Positions 1-10,660 of a stretch of 64,000 bases of DNA are shown piece by piece. Within the stretch, counting starts at the first letter, position 1; the number at the start of each line of letters is the position of its first letter. Position numbers and translations under genes: made by a program. Where the stretch lies: assembly GCA_963727805.1 (NCBI GenBank), contig CAVSHF010000003.1, positions 1,792,001 through 1,856,000 of the forward strand, given 5' to 3'. The notes under the pieces are model-generated. The model worked only from the letters and a program-made list of their open reading frames with translations, searched no databases and was not told the origin of the DNA. Origin of the DNA: an uncultured Nitrospiraceae bacterium. GTDB lineage: Bacteria > Nitrospirota > Thermodesulfovibrionia > Thermodesulfovibrionales > Dissulfurispiraceae.

Positions 1-884
1 TGCAGTACTGGGACAGACCGTGCATGCCCGCGCAGTGACGCGATACATAACGTTATAATCGGCGTGCTGTCTAATTCTGGCAACCTAGTAGTGATGCGGG
101 ACAGCATATTGAAGATATACTGAGCAGCGAACGACAAATCGATTGTGGCACTGCTGGCGGCTTGCATCCAAATTGTTAAAAAGGATTCCAGTCGGCCGCT
201 GTCCATCTCCTGCTCGATCGGCAGCTCAACAAGCGACACGGCATTGTATACCGCTCGTGCCTTTGAAGCCTCGGTGACCTGCCCGCAGGCCTTGAACGAG
301 AATCGTACAAGGACAGGGCCCCAATAGTAGAAGGCATCCCTAGCACTCCAGAACAAGTCCTTCGAAAAGCTGTGAAGGACTTCAGACAGCTGTCTCCAGT
401 CTTTTTTTGCGGACAGGATATCGGAGACGACCGTTTCAGCAGCTTTTCGCATCCCTTCTTTTCCGCCGATTGAATCGACCAGCGCCTTGAACCGGATGCC
501 TCGAAGATCTTCTGATACTTCAATGGCTGAGGCAAACGTACCGCCCGAGACTTCTTTTTTCAAGAGGAAGGTTCCGATATGCTTGCCAGACTGAATGATA
601 TCGAGCTGCAGATTACGAGCAGCTTCTATAACTGCAGCGTCTGCTGTCAGAATGAAATCGCCATTGGTGAGCTCTTGTCTGCTGATCTCATTCCCTCCTT
701 GCATAAGCACAATGATATAACTGCCGGGAGGAAGTGATATCATCGTTCCTTTAAAAAAGGTAACCCTATCCTCGATCATTACGCAAAAATCCTTGACCAC
801 AAGAGCGGTGACCAGGCCCTTGTATGCTGTGGCAAGTGTGCCGACCAGATAGTCAAGAGAGCAGATATTCATGGATGCGTCCAT
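1..884 (-). CDS. 5' part of a protein running off the left edge; possibly a PEP/pyruvate-binding (PPDK/PEP-synthase-like) protein
   Basis: Not in ORF track. Manual translation from ATG 884 (or 872): MDASMNICSLDYLVGTLATAYKGLVT...SAKKDWRQLSEVLHSFSKDLFWSARDAF; no stop seen. TG-n-TATAAT 9 nt upstream. Product is a weak recollection only. Confidence 0.6.
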   Translation of the reverse strand, partial: MDASMNICSLDYLVGTLATAYKGLVTALVVKDFCVMIEDRVTFFKGTMISLPPGSYIIVLMQGGNEISRQELTNGDFILTADAAVIEAARNLQLDIIQSGKHIGTFLLKKEVSGGTFASAIEVSEDLRGIRFKALVDSIGGKEGMRKAAETVVSDILSAKKDWRQLSEVLHSFSKDLFWSARDAFYYWGPVLVRFSFKACGQVTEASKARAVYNAVSLVELPIEQEMDSGRLESFLTIWMQAASSATIDLSFAAQYIFNMLSRITTRLPELDSTPIITLCIASLRGHARSVPVL

Positions 885-1271
885 ATAAGTAGCATTATAG
901 CAACAAAGGGGTTCCTGACTTAGGCAAGCATCAGTAGCTCCATCCTCTGCATGACGCTGGCAATGCTCAACTGTCGGTGAATATCCGGGAACGGGGAATG
1001 GCTATAAAAGCTGTCCTTTGCATAAAAAAAATATTACGGCCATCTATTGTAACGCCAAATGTAAATAACAAGATGCTAACCTGACATCATTTCCTGGACA
1101 CTTCAATCGATGAGTCGACCCTCATGGCTTCACTTTGGACAGAAGTCTCGCGTAGAAAGTCGAACCCTTACTCATAATAATACTTTTTTATATTGTTTTC
1201 CCTTTGAATGTTATGCGATCTGTAATTTCTTTAAATATAGCAGCGTTATTGACCTAATGCATTTTGTGGTG

Positions 1272-3521
1272 TCATGTGGATATCCTCCTGTATATCTCAG
1301 TCACCCTATCCGGCAATTTATTTACATCGTCTACGAGTGTATAGTTTACCTCTCCGCACATATGAGGCATATAGGACTGCGCTTCTTTGTCGATTGTAAT
1401 GAAAAACGGGTAGATGCCATTCTCTCTCGTCTCGATCAAGGCCTTTCGAGTATCCTCTACGGCATACTCACCCTTGTATGCGTCCCAATCTTCCGGCTTG
1501 CCGTCGCTAAGAATTATGAAGAGTCTTGTTCTCGCCTCGATGGATTTAAGTATCACTGTTGAATGCCTGATTGCGGGCCCCATCCTCGTATAATCTTTCG
1601 GGGCTATCCCTGCAATCCTTTTCTTTATGGTATCCGAATATGTCTCTTCAAAACCTTTTATTCTATAGTAATCACACTTCGTCCGGGTCATGCCGGAGAA
1701 TCCATAGATTGAATAGCGGTCACCGAGCGCATCGAGCGCTTCGCACATGAGCACAAGGGATTCTTTTTCGGCCTCGCTCACCCATCCTTTTGTAGAGCCG
1801 CTCATGTCAAGGAGAAAAAGGACGGCGATATTCCTTTCGTGCCTGTCAAGCCTGACAAAGAGATCTTCGGCCGGGGAAAGGCCAGCGCGCATATCCGCAA
1901 AGGCCTCAACTGTTGCATCGATATCGATGTCGTCGCCATCCTTCTGACGCCTGAGCAACTTCGGTTCTCTTTTAAGAAGCTCGAATTTATTTCGAAGTAG
2001 CCTGACATACGCTCCGTAGCGTCTCAATGTGATTTCAACAAAAAGATCATGTCCAGGATAAATGTCATGCTCATAGAGGCTGCACCAATGTTTTTTGTAT
2101 CCGAGCCGGCGGAAATCCCATTCGTCATAGGGGATGCCCCCCGCCTGGACCACGGCAATCTCCTCCTCCGCGACCAGGTCGGAAAGCGTGATCGGACTTC
2201 CTGCTCCCATATTGCTGCCTTTAACAAGAATTCCACCAGGAATGCCCCTCCGCTCCTCTATGATCTCCCTCAACTCGCTATCGAGCTCAATGATCTTCCC
2301 CTTTATCAACAGGTACTCCTCATTGGGTCTCAGCTCTTTTTCGGCGGCTTCTCGCTTTGGTGACAAAGGCACCATCCGGGGTTCATAATCCTGAACAGTC
2401 AGCAGCTTCTCAATCATGGTTTCATACTTCTTCTTTTTTTCTGCTCTTTTTGATCTGAGAAGTCGGGAAACCTTGTCAGGTCTGATTTTTCCGAGGAAAA
2501 GAGGTTCCAGTGGCATATAGGCACCTGCGAGATGCGCCACAACCTCGTAAATATCCAATAAAAGGCGAAATGCAGTTGAAGTACTTTGTGCATTCCTGAG
2601 CAGGTCAACTTCCGGTAGCAGCCTTCCCAGTCCTCCATGCATCTGCCCTTTAGTTTTACCCATGAGATAAAGCTGATATATTCCCTCAACAACAGCGGTC
2701 TTCTCTGAAAGAGTTTCGAGAGATGGTCTCTCATCGAAGATTCTCTGCTTCAATTCTGTGACTTTTCGCATCAGTCCGGGTAATTCCCTGAGTAGGAATC
2801 CCTCTATCCTGAACGACTCCAGAATATTATAAATGTCCTGGGCCATTTCCCTTTCAGGGAACGTCCTGAAAATCGACTCTATATCGGGATGGTTTTTGTG
2901 CTTCCTGATGGTGGTCCAAACGGTCTCTTTGTCCGGGATAAGAGTGCCGCAAGCTATACGCGCCCACTGATGCACAGCCATAAGCTTATAGATGAAAAAA
3001 TTTTCACCCCGGTCTCCGTATACATTCACCGTTGCGGGAAGATAGATTGTTGCCGTATCGGTATGGGGCATCCTGCCCTGCGCGATCTTCAGACCGAGGC
3101 CTGAAATCCCCTGAATGTATGTCTCAAGTCTTGGGAGGATGGACTGGATACGAAGGCCCCCAGGACTCTGAATACTCCTCAGTGCATCATCGCGATCGGC
3201 CTTCGAAATGAATCCGATAAAGGGATCGATACCCTTCGCATCAAGGAGATCAAAGGCCTGGGTAAGCCATTTTTCAATGTCTTTCGGCGATAGGATGTAC
3301 GAAGCTTTTTTGATGCGCTTTAAAGTGCTTACAACAAGGGTTGCACTGGCATGTGAAAGAGAAAGGCACAGTGCGAGAGTCTTTTGCTTCAGCCCTGGAT
3401 GAAGCGAATCGAGTTCGTCGAATATTTTCCTAATCTCGTAGTCCTCGAGGAAGTCAAGCTTCAGGTTTCTTGCAAGTCCTTCTCTGAGCTGTTCAGTCTG
3501 TTTTTGGGAAAGCGATGACAT
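1272..3521 (-). CDS. CbbO/NorD-type VWA-domain adaptor of a MoxR AAA+ ATPase
   Basis: YDEWDF motif, DGDDIDID, MIDAS LLDMSGST...YTRMG...LSDGKP; abuts the MoxR gene. Confidence 0.88.
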   Translation of the reverse strand: MSSLSQKQTEQLREGLARNLKLDFLEDYEIRKIFDELDSLHPGLKQKTLALCLSLSHASATLVVSTLKRIKKASYILSPKDIEKWLTQAFDLLDAKGIDPFIGFISKADRDDALRSIQSPGGLRIQSILPRLETYIQGISGLGLKIAQGRMPHTDTATIYLPATVNVYGDRGENFFIYKLMAVHQWARIACGTLIPDKETVWTTIRKHKNHPDIESIFRTFPEREMAQDIYNILESFRIEGFLLRELPGLMRKVTELKQRIFDERPSLETLSEKTAVVEGIYQLYLMGKTKGQMHGGLGRLLPEVDLLRNAQSTSTAFRLLLDIYEVVAHLAGAYMPLEPLFLGKIRPDKVSRLLRSKRAEKKKKYETMIEKLLTVQDYEPRMVPLSPKREAAEKELRPNEEYLLIKGKIIELDSELREIIEERRGIPGGILVKGSNMGAGSPITLSDLVAEEEIAVVQAGGIPYDEWDFRRLGYKKHWCSLYEHDIYPGHDLFVEITLRRYGAYVRLLRNKFELLKREPKLLRRQKDGDDIDIDATVEAFADMRAGLSPAEDLFVRLDRHERNIAVLFLLDMSGSTKGWVSEAEKESLVLMCEALDALGDRYSIYGFSGMTRTKCDYYRIKGFEETYSDTIKKRIAGIAPKDYTRMGPAIRHSTVILKSIEARTRLFIILSDGKPEDWDAYKGEYAVEDTRKALIETRENGIYPFFITIDKEAQSYMPHMCGEVNYTLVDDVNKLPDRVTEIYRRIST

Positions 3522-4333
3522 CAGAATAGAGAACTGACTATCTCAGAAAGCGCGCCACTCATCTCTACATCATCCGTCAGCGGACCGGAAATGGCTACTT
3601 CGCAAGCTTCCGCAGGATGAATACCGGAAACAATGAGTTGGGCGGCATGGATGAGGAGCCGCGTGCTCGCCCCCTCTGAAAGACCTCTGTCTTTAAGGTT
3701 TCTCGTCTTTTCACCGTAGCTCACAAGCCTGTCTGCGGTTTCTTTATCAACGCCTGATTCATGCACGATAATCTCGGATTCCGTCTCCTTAACTGGATAC
3801 TTGAACTCTAGGGCGAGGAAACGTTGCCTGGTGCTCTGCTTGAGGTCTTTCAGAACGCTTTGATAGCCTGGATTATAAGATATGACGAGGAGAAACTCTT
3901 TAGGTGCCTTAAGAACCTCACCCCGCTTTTCCATGGGGAGGATCCTGCGGTCATCTGCCAGAGGATGAATGACGACCGTCGTGTCCTTTCGTGCCTCGAC
4001 GATCTCATCAAGATAGCAGAAACCTCCGGCTTTCACCGCTCTAGCAAGAGGTCCATCGACCCAGATTGTTTCGCCACCCTTTACCAGATAACGGCCGACA
4101 AGGTCCGATGCGGTAAGGTCGTCGTGGCACGAAACCGTAATGAGAGGTCTTCGATACTTCCATGCCATATATTGCATGAATCTTGTTTTTCCAGTGCCTG
4201 TGGGACCCTTGAGCAAAACAGGAATCCTGTTTCTGTAGGCTGCACTGAAAAGCGCTATCTCATCGCCCACAGATAGATAGTATGGCTCAGCCTCGATTAG
4301 ATATTGCTCTGTCTTTACAGCCATGGCCTTCAT
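3521..4333 (-). CDS. CbbQ/NirQ/NorQ-family MoxR AAA+ ATPase
   Basis: Walker A GPTGTGKT, Walker [37 protein letters not shown]. Confidence 0.93.
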   Translation of the reverse strand: MKAMAVKTEQYLIEAEPYYLSVGDEIALFSAAYRNRIPVLLKGPTGTGKTRFMQYMAWKYRRPLITVSCHDDLTASDLVGRYLVKGGETIWVDGPLARAVKAGGFCYLDEIVEARKDTTVVIHPLADDRRILPMEKRGEVLKAPKEFLLVISYNPGYQSVLKDLKQSTRQRFLALEFKYPVKETESEIIVHESGVDKETADRLVSYGEKTRNLKDRGLSEGASTRLLIHAAQLIVSGIHPAEACEVAISGPLTDDVEMSGALSEIVSSLF

Positions 4334-4339
4334 TGTTCA

Positions 4340-4368
4340 ATTGTAGCGGGATTTAGGTAAGCAAACAA
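4340..4368 (-). promoter_or_regulatory. sigma70-type promoter, probably leaderless cbbQ-like transcript
   Basis: TTGTTT-17nt-TACAAT, then 6 nt to ATG at 4333; no SD. Confidence 0.45.
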
Positions 4369-4389
4369 CAGTGTCCAACAGCTTTGGCA

Positions 4390-5060
4390 GAGAAGGGTTG
4401 ATATGTCCTTGCCGACGATATCGCCGATTTATTAAATGGAATCTAACCATTCTTAACCCCATGGACAAATATTCCACGACATCATTCAACTGATGCTCAT
4501 GCCGATTCGTCAACAGAACTCATATGAACAAGGCGGTATGATCACAGACCGGGATCTACTTAATAAATAGACAGTGCCGTCAGGATCGGGCTTCCCGACC
4601 GCCTGAGCACTACACGCGCTGCTTTAAGTTTTAGCAGAAAGCTTCCTACTTGCTCCACACATGCCCGAGCGGTTCCCTTGCAGATAGCGGCACGGTGCCT
4701 GGACGCTAACTCGGATACTTTTCCTTTAACCAAGACCTCTGCGATCCATAAGTCGGGCCACTGCCTGATGGCATGACAACCCGTACCGGTTCGAGTGTTT
4801 ATACCTCCCGATATGCAAACGACGACAGCATCGTTGCATACCGTCAGATGCTCAGCGTTGATGTCGCCACCGATAACACAGTGTCCGCTCAGAGAGCCGC
4901 TTTACTTCCAGCAGACTCACCGAGTCAAACATCTGCCAGGCTTTCCCTCGTATCTATGCAGCTGTGAATTCAGCTGCCGCCGATGAATTATCAAGCATTA
5001 GAGCGGAGATTGTCACTTCAGTCCTCGTTTCCTTTTCCACCAGTAATCAGCTTCCAACGC
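4390..5060 (-). pseudogene. Heavily eroded glutamate synthase small subunit (gltD-like) remnant
   Basis: Collinear degenerate GltD-like motifs: EVTIS..IGG (about 5019-4976), CVIGGDINAEHLTVCNDAVVVCI (4886-4812), VKGKV...AAICKGTAR (about 4730-4665), GIFVHG...AISSAR (about 4475-4407); 113-codon stop-free frame 4901-4563; canonical position right after gltB. Confidence 0.5.
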
Positions 5061-5091
5061 ACTTCTTCAAAAAATGTCTCCAGGCGACACT

Positions 5092-8000
5092 TCAGTTCGG
5101 CACCACTTTTTTAAATGTTCTTAAGTCTTTATCCCATTCAGATAGGATTTTTTTCGCCAGAGGACTTCCTGTCAGTCTATTATGGGCTTCAATTAAATCC
5201 TTAAGCCGGCTAATATCAGAACTGTCCAATTCAACTATCGTTACGTATGCTGAATTAATGCGATCGTACAACCCGCCGTCTCTGTCGGCAATATAGATCA
5301 CGCCGCCGGTCATTCCAGCTCCTATATTGACACCCGTTTCGCCGAGGACCACTACTTCTCCACGTGTCATGTATTCGCAAAGATGTTGTCCAGTTCCTTC
5401 GACTACCGCAACCGCACCACTGTTGCGCACAGCAAAACGCTCACCTGCAATGCCCCCGGCAAAGAAGATTCCGCCTGTTGCGCCGTAGAGCACTGTATTG
5501 CCGACAATCACCTGACGGTGTGGATCGATGAGCCCCTCGTCGGGCCTTATCGTAATGGTTCCGCCATACATCCCTTTTCCGGCATAGTCATTGGCATCGC
5601 CGATAAGCGTGATCGCAATCCCTTTATGGGTGAATGCCCCGAAGCTCTGCCCTGCCGAACCCCTGAAAACAAGCCTTATAGTGTTGTCGGATAGTCCCTT
5701 GGTACCGTGATGCTTCGCAATATAATATGAGAGGCGCACTGGGACGCTCCGGTCAGTGTTGCGGATATTGTATTCCCTGGTCACCGCCTCAGATCGCTCG
5801 ATGAAGGGGGCCAATTCAGATGTAATCCGATCATTAAGAGATGGAGAGGGATTATTGTTCCTTTTCCCTGAACTCAAGCGGGGCTGACCTTCGGGTGGCG
5901 CTTGAAGCAGGGCAGTGAGTTTCATTCGGTATGAGCCGGGATATCGAACGTCAGGCTCAATAGAAACAAGATCTGTCCTGCCGATGATCTCGCCGAGACT
6001 TCTGAATCCCATTTCGGCAAGAATCCTACGGACGTCATTGGCAAGTGCACGGTAATAAGCTATTACTCCTTCGGGGGTCCCACGGAACTTTGCTCTGAGC
6101 CGCTCATCCTGAGTTGCGATACCCGTGGGGCATGTATTCATATGGCACTGGCGTGCCATGATGCAGCCCACAGAAATCATTGTTGCCGTGCCAAAGCCGA
6201 ATTCCTCGGCGCCGAAGAGGGCCGCCAGTATCACATCCTTGCCAGTCCTGAGACCGCCATCGACCCGGACAGTAATGCGCTCCCGAAGACCGTTCTCGAT
6301 AAGTATCCGCTGTGTTTCTGCAAGGCCGATCTCCCAGTAGTTGCCTACGTTTTTTATCGATGTGATAGGAGAGGCACCGGTGCCACCCTCGTATCCGCTG
6401 ATCTGTACAATGTCTGCATAGGCCTTCGCAACGCCCGCCGCTACAGTGCCAACCCCGACTTCTGACACAAGTTTGACGCAGACCTTCGCTTCGGGGTTAG
6501 CCTGCTTCAGGTCGTTGATAAGCTGATTCAGATCTTCTATTGAATAGATATCGTGATGAGGAGGAGGAGATATGAGAAGTGTGCCGGGCTTGCAGTATCG
6601 GAGGCGTGCGATATAATCCGTCACCTTGCTTGCTGGCAAGTGCCCTCCCTCGCCCGGTTTGGCCCCCTGGGCCACTTTGATCTCAATCTCTCTGGCTGAG
6701 GCCAGATAGGACGGCGTCACGCCGAAGCGGCCCGATGCGATCTGCTTGATAGCGCTATTTTTTATAGTGCCGTACCGCGCAGGATCTTCGCCGCCTTCAC
6801 CACTGTTGCTCCTCATCCCAAGCCGGTTACACCCCTCCGCAATAGTCTCATGGGCCTCGGGTGAAAGGGCACCAACAGACATTGCGCCTGATACAAATCT
6901 TTTAAAAATCTCCTCTTCGGGCTCGACCTCATCGATTGGTATCGCAATACCTGCACGGCAACCCAGAATGTGGCGCGCATAGATGGGCCGACCTTCGGCT
7001 GCCGAAGCAAATGAACGATACCCTTCTGCCTTTCCCTGCCGCACAAAACGGTTAAGTGCCGCTACCGTGGGGGATGCCCAAGCATGCTCCTCACCATCCT
7101 TGCGATATTTGAGTGTGCCTCCTGCGTCGAGCTTTGGCTCGGACACCCCATATGCAGCATCATGGCGGGAAATAAGTGACGCCTCTATCTCAGATAATCC
7201 GTCAGCTTCAATATTCGCAGGAAGCTGACCGAAATACTCATGGAGAATGCCCTGCTTCAGACAGATGGTATCGAAGAGCTGGGCTCCATGATAAGAGTCG
7301 ATTGTGGCGATTCCAAGACGACCAAGGACCTTAAGAAGCCCATCTTCGATAGCGTTGCGATAGTTGCTCACGGCGGCATCAAAAGACTGTTTTACAACGC
7401 CGCGGCTGCATAGTTCGGCGATCGTCAGAGGCATAATCCAGGGATGAACCGCAGAGGCACCAAAACCGATAAGACAGGCTATGTGGTGGACATCGCGGGC
7501 CTCGCCTGTCTCAATGATTAGGCTCGCGCAGTGTCCGCACTGCTGGCGAAGTAATTCCTGAAATACTGCCGAAACCGCAAGGAGCGACGGGATGGCGAGC
7601 CATTCCTTCGAAATGTCCCGATCGGTAAGGATGATGATTTCGGAGCCCTTCCTTACAGCTTCAATAGCGGCTTGGCGGAGCGCTCCAATCGCTACAGCAA
7701 GATTTCCATCCGCGCGGAGATATGTGATTGGGAGCCGGACCGTTCTAAAGCCGCTCCCGGTCTCGATCTCATAAATGTCTTTTTCAAAGAGAAGAGGTGA
7801 GGGAACGCAGTATCGGCGGGCATGCGCGGCTGTCTCGCTCAGAAAACTGCGGCGCGGACCTAGATGCATGGCTAGGGACATGACCAGCTTTTCCCTGATC
7901 GGGTCAATGGAGGGATTAGTGATTTGTGAAAAACGTTGTTTGAAGTAGCGGAAGAGGAGTGGCGGCTTTTCCGAAAGTGGCGGAAGGGGTGTATCATCTC

Positions 8001-9426
8001 CCATTGAAAACGTGAGTTCACCTCCGGTCTGCGCCATTGCTGCCAATATCGTATCCACTTCTTCGCCTGTGAAACCGAAGGCAATTTGTCGATCTAAACC
8101 TGAACTTGCTGCCGGCATCGCGACGGGCTGGAGTCTATGGGTTATTAATGACTGCTGGAGCCATTTAGCGCAGGGATGACGCGATGCAAGGGTAGCGAGA
8201 ATTTCTCCGGTTTCGCGGATGACTCCTTTGCTGAGATCAACAGCAAGTGTGTCGCCAGGTCCCAGGCGTCCCTTCTTTACAATACACTTATTGCCGAGAT
8301 CGACCATGCCTACCTCCGATCCCATCACCATTATGCCAATATCGGTCAGGACGTAGCGAAGGGGGCGTAGACCGTTACGATCAAGATGGGCGCCTATGGT
8401 TACCCCGTCGGTAAAGACAACGGCAGCAGGTCCGTCCCATGGTGTCATGAGGAGCGAGAGATAGTGGAGCAGTGCCTTTTGATCAGGCGGATACGGGGCA
8501 TGTTCCCACGCAGGCGGGATACAGATGTTCACGGCGAGTTCCGGCGGGAACCCCGCCAGCATGAGAAACTCCACAATACGGTCAAGGGAAGCAGAGTCGC
8601 TCTCGTGATCGGCAACAAGGGGTTTAATAATGCTACATTGGTCCTTGGGGAAACTGCTCAATACCGCTGACTCTATAGCCTTCATCGCATTGCGGTTTCC
8701 CTGGATAGTATTAATCTCTCCATTGTGGGCGAGCACCCTGAAAGGTTGGGCCATCACCCATTCCGGAAGCGTGTTCGTCGAGAACCGCTGATGGAAGACA
8801 CAGAATGAGGATTCGATGTCCTCGCTCATGAGGTCGGGATAGAACCTGTCAAGCTGTGGCGCGACGAGCAGGCCTTTGTAGAGGACCGTTCTCGATGATA
8901 TATTCGAGATGCAGACATCGCTACCAAAATTTTTTTCTATCACCTTCCTGGCAAGAAAGAGATTGAATTCACGCATCTCGACAGCAACATCGCCGGTATC
9001 GATAAAAAGCTGCTTAATCCTCGGCTTGGTTAGAAGAGCTGCCTTGCCGAGGGCGTCGTCATCGGTCGGGACATCGCGCCATCCAACAGGTCTGAAGCCA
9101 TATCTCATCAGGGCCTTATCGATTTCGTCCTCTACATTGCCATACAGAAAAAAAGCTCCTATGGCGAGATTGTTAATGTCGGAAATGGAAAGACCGAGTT
9201 CCCCGATTTTTTTTGCAAAAAACTTTCGTGGTATGCCAATAAGGATACCTGCACCGTCACCGCTCTTGCCGTCGGCCCCAACTGCCCCGCGATGAGTGAG
9301 GTTCTTGACCGCCTCGATGCCCCAGTCGACGATCTGTCTGCTTTTATTACCGTATACATCGCAAATGAACCCAACACCACAACTCGAAGCTCCATGGGTG
9401 TGGCGCTTAAATTCGAAATTAGACAT
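5092..9426 (-). CDS. gltB: Glutamate synthase large subunit
   Basis: N-terminal CGVGF amidotransferase, HRGA, HQRFSTNT, HNGEINT, PWDGPA, QGAKPGEGG, 3Fe-4S CIMARQCHMNTCP, GXGXG C-terminal domain; start ATG 9426 or TTG 9483. Confidence 0.97.
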   Translation of the reverse strand: MSNFEFKRHTHGASSCGVGFICDVYGNKSRQIVDWGIEAVKNLTHRGAVGADGKSGDGAGILIGIPRKFFAKKIGELGLSISDINNLAIGAFFLYGNVEDEIDKALMRYGFRPVGWRDVPTDDDALGKAALLTKPRIKQLFIDTGDVAVEMREFNLFLARKVIEKNFGSDVCISNISSRTVLYKGLLVAPQLDRFYPDLMSEDIESSFCVFHQRFSTNTLPEWVMAQPFRVLAHNGEINTIQGNRNAMKAIESAVLSSFPKDQCSIIKPLVADHESDSASLDRIVEFLMLAGFPPELAVNICIPPAWEHAPYPPDQKALLHYLSLLMTPWDGPAAVVFTDGVTIGAHLDRNGLRPLRYVLTDIGIMVMGSEVGMVDLGNKCIVKKGRLGPGDTLAVDLSKGVIRETGEILATLASRHPCAKWLQQSLITHRLQPVAMPAASSGLDRQIAFGFTGEEVDTILAAMAQTGGELTFSMGDDTPLPPLSEKPPLLFRYFKQRFSQITNPSIDPIREKLVMSLAMHLGPRRSFLSETAAHARRYCVPSPLLFEKDIYEIETGSGFRTVRLPITYLRADGNLAVAIGALRQAAIEAVRKGSEIIILTDRDISKEWLAIPSLLAVSAVFQELLRQQCGHCASLIIETGEARDVHHIACLIGFGASAVHPWIMPLTIAELCSRGVVKQSFDAAVSNYRNAIEDGLLKVLGRLGIATIDSYHGAQLFDTICLKQGILHEYFGQLPANIEADGLSEIEASLISRHDAAYGVSEPKLDAGGTLKYRKDGEEHAWASPTVAALNRFVRQGKAEGYRSFASAAEGRPIYARHILGCRAGIAIPIDEVEPEEEIFKRFVSGAMSVGALSPEAHETIAEGCNRLGMRSNSGEGGEDPARYGTIKNSAIKQIASGRFGVTPSYLASAREIEIKVAQGAKPGEGGHLPASKVTDYIARLRYCKPGTLLISPPPHHDIYSIEDLNQLINDLKQANPEAKVCVKLVSEVGVGTVAAGVAKAYADIVQISGYEGGTGASPITSIKNVGNYWEIGLAETQRILIENGLRERITVRVDGGLRTGKDVILAALFGAEEFGFGTATMISVGCIMARQCHMNTCPTGIATQDERLRAKFRGTPEGVIAYYRALANDVRRILAEMGFRSLGEIIGRTDLVSIEPDVRYPGSYRMKLTALLQAPPEGQPRLSSGKRNNNPSPSLNDRITSELAPFIERSEAVTREYNIRNTDRSVPVRLSYYIAKHHGTKGLSDNTIRLVFRGSAGQSFGAFTHKGIAITLIGDANDYAGKGMYGGTITIRPDEGLIDPHRQVIVGNTVLYGATGGIFFAGGIAGERFAVRNSGAVAVVEGTGQHLCEYMTRGEVVVLGETGVNIGAGMTGGVIYIADRDGGLYDRINSAYVTIVELDSSDISRLKDLIEAHNRLTGSPLAKKILSEWDKDLRTFKKVVPN

Positions 9427-9554
9427 TATCACCTCACATTCGATACGCCTACTGTCATAAAATTCGAGACCCTCAATTTTCAATTGCCAATGATCTTTGA
9501 GGGTTTTCCTTAGATCTGACTAACTAATTGATTAGCTATTTCATTCCCCTTCGG

Positions 9555-10187
9555 TCACCAAATATTTCTTAGAATCTCCACCACTTCATCATCTGACACC
9601 TGTGAAAAATCGCGATAGTAATTGCCGACTGCCTTAAAATCTTCTGGTGTTTTTAGACAAATGAATTCATCAGCCATCATTCTAAGCTCATCGGCAGTCC
9701 GGATCGGGGAAACCGGAATGGAGACAACCAGCCTCTCAATTTTCTCCAGCTTCAATGTGGCAATGGCAGCCTTCATTGTAGCCCCCGTAGCTACTCCATC
9801 ATCGACAAGGATAATCGTCTTGCCCTCAAGTTTGTCAAGTGATTTGCCACCCCGGTACAGTCTCGTTCGGCGCACTATTTCCTCTTTTTGCTCCACTATT
9901 TCATCGTCGATATACGTCGTCGGAATCCCACTAGTAGAAATAATTCGTTCATTCAGGACGACAGTGCCTGTCTCTGAAATAGCACCTATAGCAAGTTCCT
10001 CATTCCCAGGGTAGCCCATCTTTCTCACTATAAGAATATCAAGAGGCGCATTGATAGCGCGCGCAATTTCCAACCCTGTGACTACCCCGCCACGAGGAAG
10101 TGCAAGGACCAGCACCCCCTTAAGGTTTCTATAGTGGGTTAATTTTCCGGCGAGCTGAAACCCAGCATCCCTTCTGTCAGTGAACAT
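9555..10187 (-). CDS. Phosphoribosyltransferase-like protein
   Basis: FTDRRDAG, LALPRGGV, PRPP loop ILVDDGVATGAT, AVGNYYRDFSQVSDDEV. Confidence 0.88.
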   Translation of the reverse strand: MFTDRRDAGFQLAGKLTHYRNLKGVLVLALPRGGVVTGLEIARAINAPLDILIVRKMGYPGNEELAIGAISETGTVVLNERIISTSGIPTTYIDDEIVEQKEEIVRRTRLYRGGKSLDKLEGKTIILVDDGVATGATMKAAIATLKLEKIERLVVSIPVSPIRTADELRMMADEFICLKTPEDFKAVGNYYRDFSQVSDDEVVEILRNIW

Positions 10188-10660
10188 GGTCTATCCCTGC
10201 ACTATTGAATAGAACAGCCCCTTTTAAGCATTTTATCAGTATTTGTTAACACTGGCGAGTTCATACTTAATTCAACAAGGGATTCGTCCTTCGGCATATC
10301 CGTAATGATTAAGTTCGCAAGCTAAGTTTATACTGAATTATCAACTAAAGGACATATGGTTAACAGGTCCCACCTCCGCAGCTCTGCAGTTTATTTGTTC
10401 AACTATAAATAAATTGTTCCTTAATTTGAAGAAACAGTTTCTCTTTAGATGTTGTCAATAGTAGTGCGGTGTTTCTTACAAGGTTGAAATAAGTTAGGCT
10501 AGGGGAAAGAATAGATCTGACCGTCTCATTATGAAACGCGTGGAACAGCTAATACAGTTAATCCATAAGACTGCTGCATGCAAAGATAAAATCTCGCTAT
10601 TGCCGATTAATGTGCGCTTTTTTCTGCAATGAGTTGACTGATGTGATAAAATAAACAATT

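Noticed and set aside
4811..4850. GCAAACGACGAC resembles the start of a tmRNA tag (AND...)
   Set aside because: The frame continues without an ..AA-stop ending and there are no tRNA-like ends; better explained by the opposite-strand gltD relic
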